A stretch of DNA of 50,986 nt from Planctomycetota bacterium (GTDB taxonomy: Bacteria; Planctomycetota; Planctomycetia; Pirellulales; UBA1268): the NCBI GenBank assembly GCA_003671185.1, contig QWPN01000116.1, forward strand, positions 1-50,986, written 5' to 3'. Shown piece after piece: positions 1-10,329 of the stretch. The notes under the pieces were generated by a model, which saw only the letters and a list, made by a program, of their open reading frames with translations, did no database searches and had not been told where the DNA came from. The first letter of the stretch is position 1; the number at the start of each line of letters is the position of its first letter. Both the position numbers and the translations under genes were made by a program.

Positions 1-1755
1 CACCACACCTCGCCCGTCGCCGTCGCCATATTCGCCGCCTTCGTGCTCGGCGTGCTCGGGCTGTCGTTCTGGCTCGGCCGCAAGGGCCAGTCGGCCAGCG
101 GCTACTACGCCGCCCACGGTCAGATTCACTGGTTCGTCAACGGCATCGCCTTCGCAGGCGACTATCTCTCCGCCGCGTCGTTTCTCGGCATCTGCGGGAT
201 GATCGCCTTCTCCGGCTACGACGGCTTCCTCTACTCGATCGGCTTCCTGGCGGGCTGGATCGTGGCGCTGTTCGTGATAGCCGAGCCGATCAAGGCCCTC
301 GGCAAGTTCACGTTTGCCGACGCCCTCGACAGCCGGTTCAACAGCCGTGGCATCAAGCTCGCCGTGGCGATCTCCACGCTGGTCGTGAGCGTCTTCTACC
401 TGATCCCGCAGATGGTGGGCGCAGGCTCGCTCATCAAGCCCCTGCTCGGCCTGCCGCACGAGGCGGGCGTGATCCTCGTGGGGGTGACGGTGACGCTCAT
501 CGTGGTCACGGCGGGCATGGTTTCGACGACCTGGGTGCAGTTCATCAAGGGGTCGCTGCTCGTCTTCTTCTGCGGCGTGCTGACGGTGCTGATTCTCGGC
601 CGCGGCCTGTCCGTGAACGCCGGCCGCGAGGGGGCCGAGAACCTCGCCCCGCAGGTGAAGACCGTGAAGCCCGACGGCACGGTGCTCGTGGACGGCGCAC
701 CGCAATCAAGCGACCACGACCTGCGGCCCGTGGGCACGATCCTTCGGCTGCCCGAACGATTCGGCGATGCCCGCTCCACCGGGCCGCTCGGGCCGCTCGC
801 CTACCTCTCGGCCCTCGAGGACTCGACGATCGTCACCTGGGCAGGGAAGAAGCACATGGATGCCGATGGGTCACACACCATGTACCTGCCGGTCGAAATG
901 CAGGGCTCCGACCTGCTCAAGCCGGGGGGCTACTTCAAGGGCCTGACCTCGGGCAAACTCGCCGACCGGCTCGACTTCGCGAGCCTGATGCTGGCACTGT
1001 TTTGCGGCACCGCCTCGCTGCCGCACATCCTCATCCGCTACTACACCGTCAAGGACGGTGCCGCGGCCCGCAAGAGCACGGTCGTCGGGATAGCGGCCAT
1101 CGGCGTGTTCTACGTGCTCACGCTGTTCCTCGGCCTCGGCGCCATGACCTCCGGCGGCCTCGACCCCACCGACACCAACATGGCGGCGCCGCTCCTGGCC
1201 AAGAGTTTCAGCGACACGCTGTTCGCGGTGATCTCGGCGATCGCGTTCACGACCGTCCTGGGCACGGTCAGCGGCCTGATCATGGCCGGCAGCGGGGCGG
1301 TGGCCCACGATCTCGTCGAAAACGTGTGCGGCGTGCGGATGACCGACCACGAGAAGATTCGCGTCGGCAAACTTTCTGCCGTGGGCCTGGGACTCGTGGC
1401 GATGGCCTTGGGAATCCTGTTTCGCAATTTCAACGTCAGTTTCCTCGTTGGCTGGGCGTTCAACATCGCGGCGAGTGCCAACCTGCCAGCGTTGGTGATG
1501 CTGCTGTTCTGGCCGCGGACGACGCGGCAGGGGATCGTGGCGGCCGTCACGGTGGGAATGCTGGCGTCGCTGACATGGATCCTCCTCTCGGCCGACACCT
1601 TCGAGAAGGTCTACGCGCTCCCGCGAGAGAATGCCCTGACGCCCTTCAGCCAGCCCGGACTGGTGACGATTCCACTGGGATTCATCGTTCTGGTCGTCGT
1701 GTCGCTGCTGACTGCCCCACCTGCCGCCTCGTCCGCTACCGTCGGCCGGCACTAG
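1..1755 (+). CDS. actP: Solute:sodium symporter family, cation/acetate symporter ActP-like (5' partial)
   Basis: Frame open from base 1 (HHTSPVAVAIFAAFVLG...). Motifs NGIAFAGDYLSAASFLG, GTASLPHILIRYYTV, AASANLP; many TM helices. Confidence 0.85.
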   Translation, partial: HHTSPVAVAIFAAFVLGVLGLSFWLGRKGQSASGYYAAHGQIHWFVNGIAFAGDYLSAASFLGICGMIAFSGYDGFLYSIGFLAGWIVALFVIAEPIKALGKFTFADALDSRFNSRGIKLAVAISTLVVSVFYLIPQMVGAGSLIKPLLGLPHEAGVILVGVTVTLIVVTAGMVSTTWVQFIKGSLLVFFCGVLTVLILGRGLSVNAGREGAENLAPQVKTVKPDGTVLVDGAPQSSDHDLRPVGTILRLPERFGDARSTGPLGPLAYLSALEDSTIVTWAGKKHMDADGSHTMYLPVEMQGSDLLKPGGYFKGLTSGKLADRLDFASLMLALFCGTASLPHILIRYYTVKDGAAARKSTVVGIAAIGVFYVLTLFLGLGAMTSGGLDPTDTNMAAPLLAKSFSDTLFAVISAIAFTTVLGTVSGLIMAGSGAVAHDLVENVCGVRMTDHEKIRVGKLSAVGLGLVAMALGILFRNFNVSFLVGWAFNIAASANLPALVMLLFWPRTTRQGIVAAVTVGMLASLTWILLSADTFEKVYALPRENALTPFSQPGLVTIPLGFIVLVVVSLLTAPPAASSATVGRH

Positions 1756-1803
1756 CAGACTGTGGAACACGTCTGCCGGAGCAGGATGCGACGACAGCCG
1801 ACC
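1752..1803 (-). repeat. Partial copy (one end) of a CTAG-bounded ~126 bp miniature element
   Basis: TAGCAGACTGTGGAACACGTCTGCCGGAGCAGGATGCGACGACAG is the near-exact reverse complement of 29283-29333 and similar to ~50051-50102. Confidence 0.85.
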
Positions 1804-1805
1804 TG

Positions 1806-2762
1806 TCAGAGCGATCCCGCGATGCCCAGCTGGAACGTCGTGGCGGGGCCGCTTTTGTCGGTGCCGGCGCCCCAGTTTCCGTAGATGGAAACGCGATCGT
1901 TCGGATACCAGATCCAGCCCGCCCCCACGACCGTCTGGGCGGCCATGCGTGGCAGCGCCGACTGATTCTGGAAGCCGTGCACGAAGAGGTGGAAGTCGTC
2001 GGTGACCTCCTTGGAGATCGACCACTGGATGACGTCCACCAGCGTGTAGCCCCCCTGTGTGGAGTCGCTCCCGACGCCCACGTTGTATTCGGCCGCCAGA
2101 CCCCAGAACAGCGTGTTGCGAAACAGCATGGTCAGGCCGGGCTGCGTGCCGGAGTCAAAGGCCGGTGATCCCCAGGGCGTCTGGATGTAGGCCTCGAAGC
2201 CCACGGCCGGCAGCCAGAGATCGCGGTTCTCCTCCCAAAAGTGAATCTTCGTGTCGAAGGTGAGCGGGGCGACGCCAGTGGTCTGGCCCATGCCGAGTCC
2301 GCCGGCCTGCCAGGTGAAGCCGTTGGAAAAGAGCCGGAACTCGACCCGGTCGGTGAGCCCCAGCCGCAGCAGGTACTCCGCGTTGTACATCTGTGGTTGC
2401 ACACCCGCGATCGCGCCGGTGAAGAACACCGGACTCGTTTCCAGGTACACCGCGCCACGCGGTATCGTGTCCGGGCTGTTGGGATAGTTGGCGGTGTCCG
2501 GCCCGGGCTCACGGATCGTGTGCGGCTCCCGCGACCGCTCGGGATCAAGGCCCTCCGGAAACACCTCGGCCAGGAACCGGGCCCAGGGATAGGGTGATTC
2601 AAACGCGGCGTCGTAGGGCTCTGCGCCGCTCGCGCAGGTGGTCGCTGCCGCTGCCAGCGCGAGCAGCGCCAGCACGATGCAACGGCCACAGATAATGGAG
2701 AGGCTAATTCGCCCGCGCACCGATCTCGATTCCCCGGGACGATGTCGCCCAAAGACTCGCAA
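1806..2762 (-). CDS. Exported putative outer-membrane beta-barrel 'transporter' (MetA-pathway/phenol degradation-like); true start probably internal
   Basis: Signal-like LALLALAAAAT; IREPGPDTANYPNSP motif; LLRLGLTDRVEFR; alternating aromatic beta-strand pattern. Confidence 0.55.
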   Translation of the reverse strand: MRVFGRHRPGESRSVRGRISLSIICGRCIVLALLALAAAATTCASGAEPYDAAFESPYPWARFLAEVFPEGLDPERSREPHTIREPGPDTANYPNSPDTIPRGAVYLETSPVFFTGAIAGVQPQMYNAEYLLRLGLTDRVEFRLFSNGFTWQAGGLGMGQTTGVAPLTFDTKIHFWEENRDLWLPAVGFEAYIQTPWGSPAFDSGTQPGLTMLFRNTLFWGLAAEYNVGVGSDSTQGGYTLVDVIQWSISKEVTDDFHLFVHGFQNQSALPRMAAQTVVGAGWIWYPNDRVSIYGNWGAGTDKSGPATTFQLGIAGSL

Positions 2763-2887
2763 AAACGACGCTCTCGTCGCCAGACCAGCCGCCGCCGCAC
2801 GCGCGGCACCCTGGGCAGTCTGGGTGGGCGCCGGAAAGAGCGGCTCCCTGAAAACTCCCGCATTCCGGCTTCAACGCAGCGGGTGCT

Positions 2888-4738
2888 TCAACTCCGCTGC
2901 GCTGAAAGGATGCTCACGTCGCGATTCACCTTGCGCAGCTTCGTGGCCAGCGACACGGCGAGGTTGCGCAGGATCGTGGCGTGGATCCTAGGGTGGCTGT
3001 CCTGCATCCGGAGAAAGTCGCCCACGTCGAACAGGCTGCACTCCACGTCGCACTCCGCCACCACGTTCGCCGATCGTCGCGCGCCGTCCAGAAACGCCAG
3101 TTCTCCCACCATGGTGCCCACGGAAAAGCTGGCTACCCGGCTGCCGGTCCCCGGCTCGCCCAGCCACACGCCCACGACACCGCTCCTGATCAGGAACAGG
3201 TTCGTGGCCTCGTCGTCCCGACGGATGATGACTTCGCCACGCGGGTAGCGCTGCCTCGCCAGCAACCCGTCGAGCACGTCGAGTTCCTGCTCGGTCAGGC
3301 CGGCGGCGATCTCGAAGGTGCGCAGGTCCTCCACCCGCGTCGGCACCGGTCGTGTCAGCGCGTCGAGCAGATCGTCCTCGCACCACTCCAGAGCCAGATC
3401 GGTCGAGGAGAAGCGGAACAGGCGGTCCACGGCGACGGTGTCGGTCCAGTGTGCCGCCACCTGCGGCCGCAGGCTCGGCAGCCGCTGCGTGTGGGTGACG
3501 AACGTAGAGGTGCCGCGGAGCGCCAGTTCCGCGGCCAGATCCGCGAGGAGTCGCGCGGCGGCGTTGTTCACGGCGGTGACATGGTGAAAATCGAGAATCA
3601 CGCTGCGCTGCTCGCCGGAGCCGGCGATCACCTTGCGGATGATCGATTCCGTGGTCGAGAAGGCCAGGTTGCCCTGGATCTCGAACACCCGCACCCGGGA
3701 GCCATTGTCACGCAAGCAGGCGAGATCCCCGGGGTGCCGAATGCGGCTCGAATTCCGCTCGGCGCAGGAATAGGAGAGCCGGTGGCTCGACCGCGGGCAG
3801 TAGGGCGGGTTGAACTGGTGCAGCTCCCAGGCCCGCGACACCTCCGCGCAGACCTTGAGGGCCCGCACGCTGTTGCCCTGCTCGTCGATCCGCGGCGAGA
3901 AGACGCCGATGCCAAACTGCCCGGGCAGGACGGCCAACACCCCGCCCGACACGCCACTCTTGGCGGGCATGCCCACGTTGTAGATCCAGCCACCCGAAAA
4001 ATCGTACATTCCGCACGATGCCATCACGCTGAGGACGTTCTCCACGTGCGCGTCCTCGATGGCCCGCACTCCCGTCACCGGATTGACGCCCTGGTTGGCC
4101 AGCGTGGCACCCATCAGGGCCAGATCGGCGCAATGCACGGCGATCGAACACTGCTGGAAATACGCGTCCACAGTGGCCGTCGGATCGTCGTCGAGGATCT
4201 CGAAGTTGCGCAGCAGGTGGCCGATGGCCCGGTTGCGATGCCCGGTCCGGTTTTCGGATTCATAGACCGCCCCATCGATCCCCATCGGGTGGCCCGTGTA
4301 GCGGCCGAACATCTCCAGGATCCGCGCCACCCGCTGCTGCGGTGAATCGGCCCGCACCTGCCCCGTGGTGGCGATCGCACCCGCGTTGATCATGGGATTG
4401 CATGGGCGGCCGGTCGCCCTGTGCAGGCTGATGGCGTTGAAGGCATCACCGCTCGGCTCGACCCCCGTCTTGGTGAGCATGTGCTGCGTGCCATTGTCGT
4501 CGAGCGCCAAGCCGTAGACGAAGGGCTTGGAAATCGACTGCACCGTGAACTGGTGCCTGGAGTCACCCGCCTCGTAGAGAAATCCATCGGCCGTGGCCAG
4601 ACAGATGCCGAACAGGTCCGGATCCGTCTTCGCCAGTTCGGGGATGTAGGTGGCGACCTGCCCGTCCCTGACGCCGGCATACCGGGCGCGCAGCGATTCC
4701 AGAAAGGACTGGATGGGTGATCGGTGAGCGGCACTCAT
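2888..4738 (-). CDS. glsA: Glutaminase A with C-terminal STAS and cyclic-nucleotide-binding domains
   Basis: QSISKPF (SxxK), NPMINAGA, PAKSGVSGG; STAS-like EIQGNLAF...VILDFHHV; cNMP GELAFLDGARRSANV. Start taken at ATG 4738. Confidence 0.9.
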   Translation of the reverse strand: MSAAHRSPIQSFLESLRARYAGVRDGQVATYIPELAKTDPDLFGICLATADGFLYEAGDSRHQFTVQSISKPFVYGLALDDNGTQHMLTKTGVEPSGDAFNAISLHRATGRPCNPMINAGAIATTGQVRADSPQQRVARILEMFGRYTGHPMGIDGAVYESENRTGHRNRAIGHLLRNFEILDDDPTATVDAYFQQCSIAVHCADLALMGATLANQGVNPVTGVRAIEDAHVENVLSVMASCGMYDFSGGWIYNVGMPAKSGVSGGVLAVLPGQFGIGVFSPRIDEQGNSVRALKVCAEVSRAWELHQFNPPYCPRSSHRLSYSCAERNSSRIRHPGDLACLRDNGSRVRVFEIQGNLAFSTTESIIRKVIAGSGEQRSVILDFHHVTAVNNAAARLLADLAAELALRGTSTFVTHTQRLPSLRPQVAAHWTDTVAVDRLFRFSSTDLALEWCEDDLLDALTRPVPTRVEDLRTFEIAAGLTEQELDVLDGLLARQRYPRGEVIIRRDDEATNLFLIRSGVVGVWLGEPGTGSRVASFSVGTMVGELAFLDGARRSANVVAECDVECSLFDVGDFLRMQDSHPRIHATILRNLAVSLATKLRKVNRDVSILSAQRS

Positions 4739-4825
4739 GGCACGATGTCGGAGATCCGGGCGCGGCCGGCAGGAAACGCGGCAGCCCGGACCGCTCCCGA
4801 TCATAAACGCCGCGCCGCGACGTCT

Positions 4826-5782
4826 CTACTGCTGCTGCTGAACCTCGGTGTCGTCTCCGTAGACGGGGGCGGTGCGCAGCACCGAATGTACCGGCACGTC
4901 GAGCGGCGGGAGTTGGTCGTGCCAGGACAGCGAGGGCAGTCGCTCCAGCGTCCGCGTGGCGACCCGCACGTTGATCCGCTCCTCGCCAGCCCCCCGGTAG
5001 ACGCCTTTGTTCGGAGGCACGTCGGAGAAGTCTCGCCCCACGGCCGTCTTGACGAAGTCCCGGTTCACGGGACAGCCATTGGTGGGATCGAACCCGGTCC
5101 AGCCCACGTCCGGAAGCCAGACTTCGCACCAGGCGTGACTCTGTGATTCCCGGTTCGGCCGGTGGATGTAGCCGCTCACGTAGCGGGCCGGCACGCCAAA
5201 GGATCGCAGGATGGAGATCATCAGGTGCGTGAAGTCCTGGCACACGCCCTTGCCACGCGTGAGCAGGTGATCGATGGGCGAGGTGGCGTCGGTGACGTCC
5301 CGGGCATACTGAAAGCGGCTGCGGATGTGCTCCGCCACCTGGCACACCCACATCCCCACGCGCATCCCCGGCACCGGCCGCAGCAGCGCCAGGTGCGGCT
5401 CCAGGAGCGAGGTGGCCCGCGCCGGCCCGCGCAGCGGCAGGTAGTCGATGGTTTCCAGGGGCAGTTGCCACTCGTCGGCCGGAACACCGGCGGGAAACTC
5501 CGCATGACTGGCGATCGGGCCCACCCCGGCATCTTCGGTCTCGACCACGCTGGCTGCCAGGATCCGCAGCGTGGCCGGCGGCTTGAGCAGGTTGAAGTGA
5601 TGGACCCGGTTCCCGAAGCCGTCGAGGTACTTGCTGATCGCGGCCGGCTGGCCGATCGTGATCTGGAAGGAATGGCAGCGCTGGCTGCGGTCGCTGATCG
5701 GCTCCATGCGGAGTTCGCAGAGCCACTCGCTCACGGGCTGCGAATACTCCATCGTCGTTTCGTGCTGGATTTCCAGGATCAT
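4826..5782 (-). CDS. Bacterial transglutaminase-like protein (Bact_transglu_N + core)
   Basis: Cys/His/Asp triad motifs GVCQDFTH, SHAW, FDPTN; N-terminal IQHETTMEY...ELRMEP; ends QQQQ. Confidence 0.9.
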   Translation of the reverse strand: MILEIQHETTMEYSQPVSEWLCELRMEPISDRSQRCHSFQITIGQPAAISKYLDGFGNRVHHFNLLKPPATLRILAASVVETEDAGVGPIASHAEFPAGVPADEWQLPLETIDYLPLRGPARATSLLEPHLALLRPVPGMRVGMWVCQVAEHIRSRFQYARDVTDATSPIDHLLTRGKGVCQDFTHLMISILRSFGVPARYVSGYIHRPNRESQSHAWCEVWLPDVGWTGFDPTNGCPVNRDFVKTAVGRDFSDVPPNKGVYRGAGEERINVRVATRTLERLPSLSWHDQLPPLDVPVHSVLRTAPVYGDDTEVQQQQ

Positions 5783-5805
5783 CGCGTCCTTCTCCGGGCG
5801 GCTGG

Positions 5806-6756
5806 CTACTGCAGGGCGTATTGCTGCTGCAGGAGGGCGCTGATCCGCGCACAACGCCCCAGTGCGTCGCCGAGGAACGAGTGCAGCCGTTCACCCCCCA
5901 GTGCGGCGGCGTCGAGGTAGACCAGATCGTTGAGCAACCGGGCCACGGTCCGCACCACCTCGTCGTCGCAACGGTCGGGCAGGCGGCCGCTGATCTCGGT
6001 GAGCGAGTGCAGGCTTTGGGCCAGGCAAAACCGCACCGAATGCGGGAAGTCGGGATTGACGAGCAGGAACTCGATGACGCGCTCCGGCTCAACGCGGCTG
6101 ATGTACAGCCGCTGGTAGGCTTCGTAGGCGGCACAGTTCTTCAGCACCGCCCCCCACTGCAGGGTGCTGATGGGGAGGTCGACCGACCCAGACCGCTCCA
6201 GCAGGCCGAACTTGGAGTCGAGAATGCGCAGCACCTTGTCGGCACGCTCTAGGTAGCGGCCCAACTGGATGAAGTGCCAGCCCTCGTCGTGGGTGAGCGT
6301 GGCCTCGCAGACCCCGTGGAACAGCAGCACGCCGATCTGCGCCTCCTGGCAGAAATCGTGCGGCGACTCGACCACGCGCGACTGCAGCGCGGGATCGGAG
6401 AGCCGCCAGTGCAGCTTGTTGAGCTCCCGCCACATCTGCGGGCTGATCGATCCCCGGATGCTGCGGGCGTTGTTCCGCGAACGGTTCACGCACGACATCA
6501 CGCTGCCGCCATTGCTGCCCTCGAGCAGCAGCCAGCGCTGCACCGCCGCCACCGGGGACTCGCCCTCCGCAATCTGCGGAGGCGATTGCCGCAGCAGGCT
6601 CAGCAGAGCATTCCACTCCAGTTCCACCGGGTTGGCGAGCACACCGTGCAGGTCGAGATCGAGGTGAAAGGTGACGTCCACGGCCCGCGCCAGGTGATCA
6701 GCCCGCTCCAGGTAGCGGCTCATCCAGAACAGCGCATCGGCGACCCGGCTGAGCAT
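5806..6756 (-). CDS. Alpha-E domain protein
   Basis: MLSRVADALFWMSRYLERA and second repeat LGRYLERAD; FPHSVRFC. Confidence 0.9.
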   Translation of the reverse strand: MLSRVADALFWMSRYLERADHLARAVDVTFHLDLDLHGVLANPVELEWNALLSLLRQSPPQIAEGESPVAAVQRWLLLEGSNGGSVMSCVNRSRNNARSIRGSISPQMWRELNKLHWRLSDPALQSRVVESPHDFCQEAQIGVLLFHGVCEATLTHDEGWHFIQLGRYLERADKVLRILDSKFGLLERSGSVDLPISTLQWGAVLKNCAAYEAYQRLYISRVEPERVIEFLLVNPDFPHSVRFCLAQSLHSLTEISGRLPDRCDDEVVRTVARLLNDLVYLDAAALGGERLHSFLGDALGRCARISALLQQQYALQ

Positions 6757-6765
6757 GGCGTGGCC

Positions 6766-8268
6766 TCATTGCCTGGGGGCGTCGGCCAGGACCCAGGTGT
6801 CCTTGCTGCCGCCGCCCTGCGAACTGTTGACCACCAGGCTGCCCTTGGGCAGGGCCACGCGCGTCAGGCCTCCCGGCGTTACCGTGACCCGCTCGCCGCA
6901 GAGCACGAACGGCCGCAGGTCCACGTGCCGCCCCTCGAGGCGACCGTCCACGAACGTGGGATGCGTCGACAGCTGGATCGTGGGCTGGGCGATGAAGTCA
7001 CGCGGATTGGCCTGGAGCAGAGCCCGAAACTCCTCGCGTTGCTGCTGCGTGGAGGACGGGCCCACGAGCATGCCGTAGCCGCCCGACTCGTTGACGCGCT
7101 TCACCACCAGTTTGTCGAGGTTGGCGAGCACGTGGCTCAGCTGCGCGGGAATCTCCGGACGGAACGTCTCCACGTTGTCGAGCAGCGGATCCTGCTTGAG
7201 GTAATAGCGGATCATGTCGGGAACGAACGGATAGACGCCCTTGTCGTCGGCGATGCCGGTGCCGATGCTGTTGGCCAAAGCCACCGTACCGGCGCGGTAG
7301 GCGTTGACGAGGCCCGGTACGCCGAGCGCGCTGTCCGGCCGGAACGTGAGCGGGTCGAGGAAGTCGTCGTCGATGCGCCGATAGATCACGTCCACCCGCT
7401 GCCGGCCACGGGTGGTGCGCATGTACACCCGGTTGCCATCCACGAGCAGGTCCCGGCCCTCCACCAACTCGATTCCCATCCGCTGGGCGAGAAAGCTGTG
7501 CTCGAAATATGCCGAGTTGTACATGCCTGGGCTGAGCAGCACGGCGGTCGGCTGCGAACTCGACTCCGGCGCAATGTACTGCAGTACCTCCAGCAGGGCG
7601 GCGGGATAATCGTCCTGCGGAAGCACGTCGTAATCGTTGAAGATCGCCGGAAACACACGCTTCAGCACCTGCCGGTTCTGCAGCATGTAGCTCACGCCCG
7701 ACGGCGTGCGGGCGTTGTCCTCCAGCACCAGGTAGCGGCCGTCGGCGTCGCGGATCAGGTCGGTGCCGCAGATGTGAACGTAGATGCGCCGAGGCACATT
7801 CACGCCGACGAACTCGCGGCGAAAATAGCCTCCCTGCAGGATCAGCCGGGCCGGCACGACGTTGTCGCGGAGGATGTGCTGCTCGTGGTAGACGTCCCAC
7901 AGAAACAGGTTCAGGGCGTTGATCCGCTGCGTCAGTCCGGCCTCGATCTGCCGCCATTCACAGGCGGGGATGATGCGAGGCACGGGGTCCATCGGCCAGA
8001 CACGCTCGATCCCCTCCTCGGCCCGATACACCGTGAAGCCAACACCATCCTGCCGCATCGACAGGTCGGTCATCGCCTTGTGGCGGCGGAAGTCGTCCGG
8101 AGCGGTCTGCAGCAGTCGATCGAACAGCGGATGGTAGTGAGGCCGCGGCCCACCCGACGCATCGACCATCTCGTCGTAGGCCGCCCCCAGCTCGTACCCA
8201 GACAAGAGGCCGTCACCAGCCTCGGTGGCGGCGCGGGACGGCCGCGTCGCTGCGGCATGCGGTGTCAT
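6766..8268 (-). CDS. Circularly permuted type 2 ATP-grasp protein
   Basis: [53 protein letters not shown]. Confidence 0.93.
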   Translation of the reverse strand: MTPHAAATRPSRAATEAGDGLLSGYELGAAYDEMVDASGGPRPHYHPLFDRLLQTAPDDFRRHKAMTDLSMRQDGVGFTVYRAEEGIERVWPMDPVPRIIPACEWRQIEAGLTQRINALNLFLWDVYHEQHILRDNVVPARLILQGGYFRREFVGVNVPRRIYVHICGTDLIRDADGRYLVLEDNARTPSGVSYMLQNRQVLKRVFPAIFNDYDVLPQDDYPAALLEVLQYIAPESSSQPTAVLLSPGMYNSAYFEHSFLAQRMGIELVEGRDLLVDGNRVYMRTTRGRQRVDVIYRRIDDDFLDPLTFRPDSALGVPGLVNAYRAGTVALANSIGTGIADDKGVYPFVPDMIRYYLKQDPLLDNVETFRPEIPAQLSHVLANLDKLVVKRVNESGGYGMLVGPSSTQQQREEFRALLQANPRDFIAQPTIQLSTHPTFVDGRLEGRHVDLRPFVLCGERVTVTPGGLTRVALPKGSLVVNSSQGGGSKDTWVLADAPRQ

Positions 8269-8463
8269 CTGCCTGATCCTCGTTCGCCTGCCATCGCTGC
8301 ACAGGAAGGGGGCAGACGATGCCCGAACGCAGGGCAGCGCGTGCCCGCAGTCCGATCACGATCCGCCTTTTCCTTGACGAAACAACCGCTTCCGATACTC
8401 TGCGGTGTCGTCGCCGATGATACTGCAAGTGGCGCGCCGCTTTTTGAGATTGTGGGGAAATTG

Positions 8464-9243
8464 ATGACCTACTGCGTCGGAATCCGCACCCAGCAGGGCC
8501 TTGTCATGGCCTCCGATTCGCGGACGAATTCCGGTATCGACCAGGTCGATGTGTGCCGCAAGATGCACAACTTCGTCGCCCCCGGCGAGCGGATGTTCAC
8601 GATCCTCTCCAGTGGCAGCCTGTCACTCACCCAGTCGGTGATGACGCGGCTGGAGCAGGAGTTTCGTGCCGGCGATGGGCTTGCCAAGGTCGAAACCTTC
8701 TACGACGCGGCCCGCTGCGTGGGCCGGCAGGTCCGGGAAGTCGCAGCCCTGGACCGCGAATTCATGGAACGAGACCACATCAGTTTCGCGGTCAACCTTC
8801 TCGTGGGCGGTCAGATCCGCGGCGAGGCCCCGCAGCTTTACATGATCTACGCCCAGGGCAATCCACTGCGGTGTACGCGGTCGTCACCGTTTTTGCAGAT
8901 CGGTGAGAGCAAGTACGGCAGGCCGATTCTCGATCGCGGCATCCGTTTCAGCGAAACCACACTCGATCAGGCGGTCAAATACGCGGTCATCTCCCTCGAT
9001 TCCACGATGCGTTCGAACGTCGCGGTGGGCCCGCCCATCGACCTGCTGGTGTATGCCAACGACGATCTGGCGGTGAAACGCTACCGGCGGCTGACCGCGA
9101 CCGATCCGGATCTGATGGAAATCCGCTCCCACTGGGAGCGGGAGCTGCGGCACGCCATCGGGATGCTGCCGCAGATCGACTTCTCCGGCCCGCCGCAGGA
9201 TGTGACGCTGGGCGTAACCAACTCCCGGGCCGCCGGCGACTGA
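8464..9243 (+). CDS. Anbu proteasome-type Ntn peptidase
   Basis: Starts MTYCVG (Thr1 nucleophile after Met removal); ASDSRTN, QIGESKYGRPILDR, STMRSNVAVGPP. The 989-aa ORF call is a spurious upstream extension. Confidence 0.9.
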   Translation: MTYCVGIRTQQGLVMASDSRTNSGIDQVDVCRKMHNFVAPGERMFTILSSGSLSLTQSVMTRLEQEFRAGDGLAKVETFYDAARCVGRQVREVAALDREFMERDHISFAVNLLVGGQIRGEAPQLYMIYAQGNPLRCTRSSPFLQIGESKYGRPILDRGIRFSETTLDQAVKYAVISLDSTMRSNVAVGPPIDLLVYANDDLAVKRYRRLTATDPDLMEIRSHWERELRHAIGMLPQIDFSGPPQDVTLGVTNSRAAGD

Positions 9244-9300
9244 GGGCCAACCGTGGCCCGACGATGACTTGTCGGCCTCGTGCAACTCCCGTCGGCTGGG

Positions 9301-10329
9301 TCAGGGGGTCCGCGGCGCGGGATCCGTGGGGCGAGTCCCCGCCGCCCGGCCGAACGACCGCTCCGTCGCTTCCCAGACCGTGCAACTCGGCTCGTAACCG
9401 AGCTCCCGGCGCGCGGCGTTGATGTTGAAGTAGTGGTCGGTCGACATCTCTTCCGCCAGGAAGCGCGTCAGTGGAGGATCGGACGACAGGTGCAGAGTCC
9501 ACCACACTGTCTCGGCCGCGGTGGCCAGCACGCGGGCCATGGCCGCCGGAATCCGCCGACGCACCGGCGGCATGTCGTGCAGGGCGAGCACCCGGCCGAT
9601 CCATTCCCAGAGCGGCACCGGAGTGCCCTGGCTGATGAAGTAGGGCCGGCCGCCCACGCCTGGATTTTCCTCCAGCGCGACCGCCGCCCGCACGTGCGCC
9701 GCCACGCAGTCGTCGATGAATGTCAGGTCGACGAGATTGGTGCCATCGCCCACCTGCACGAGCCGGCCGGCACGCGCTCGCTCGAGGATCGTGGGCACGA
9801 GATTCGTGTCACCGGGCCCGAAGATCAGGTGCGGTCGCAGGGCGATCGTGCGCAGGCCGGCACCGTGAGCCTGGAGGACCGCCCGCTCGGCGGCGGCCTT
9901 GGTCTGCGGGTAGAGCGCACTGGAGCGGCTCGGGGAGGGCTGGGATTCATCGATGCCACGAAGATCGTGGCCCGCCGCGACCACGCTGGGGGAACTGGTG
10001 AACACGAGCCTGGCCACGCCCGCCGCCCGGCAGGCCGCGATCACGCTCTCGGTGGCGCCGATGTTGCCACGCACGAACGCCTCGCGCGGCCCCCACATCT
10101 TCACGTGGGCCGCCGTGTGAAACACGCACTCCACGCCGGCCAACAGCCCGGTCAGGCCGGTCGCCGCCCCGGTCACCGCCAGGTCGTGAACCACGGTGCG
10201 GATGCCTGCGGCGGCGAGCGCCGGGTAGGGCCTGCGGCCCAGTGCCGTGACATCGTGGCCCAGATCACGCAGCCGCCGACAGAGCGCGGCACCGACGAAT
10301 CCACCCCCGCCCGTGACGAGTGCCCTCAT
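9301..10329 (-). CDS. oleD: 2-alkyl-3-oxoalkanoate reductase OleD (extended SDR)
   Basis: TGGGGFVG, FTSSPSVV, YPQTK (YxxxK), LRPHLIFGPGD; ATGA overlap with oleBC. Confidence 0.85.
   Translation of the reverse strand: MRALVTGGGGFVGAALCRRLRDLGHDVTALGRRPYPALAAAGIRTVVHDLAVTGAATGLTGLLAGVECVFHTAAHVKMWGPREAFVRGNIGATESVIAACRAAGVARLVFTSSPSVVAAGHDLRGIDESQPSPSRSSALYPQTKAAAERAVLQAHGAGLRTIALRPHLIFGPGDTNLVPTILERARAGRLVQVGDGTNLVDLTFIDDCVAAHVRAAVALEENPGVGGRPYFISQGTPVPLWEWIGRVLALHDMPPVRRRIPAAMARVLATAAETVWWTLHLSSDPPLTRFLAEEMSTDHYFNINAARRELGYEPSCTVWEATERSFGRAAGTRPTDPAPRTP

Noticed and set aside
6274-8463. 989-aa ORF suggesting a long N-terminal extension on Anbu
   Set aside because: Antisense shadow of the ATP-grasp and alpha-E genes; Anbu needs an N-terminal Thr, which fits ATG 8464.
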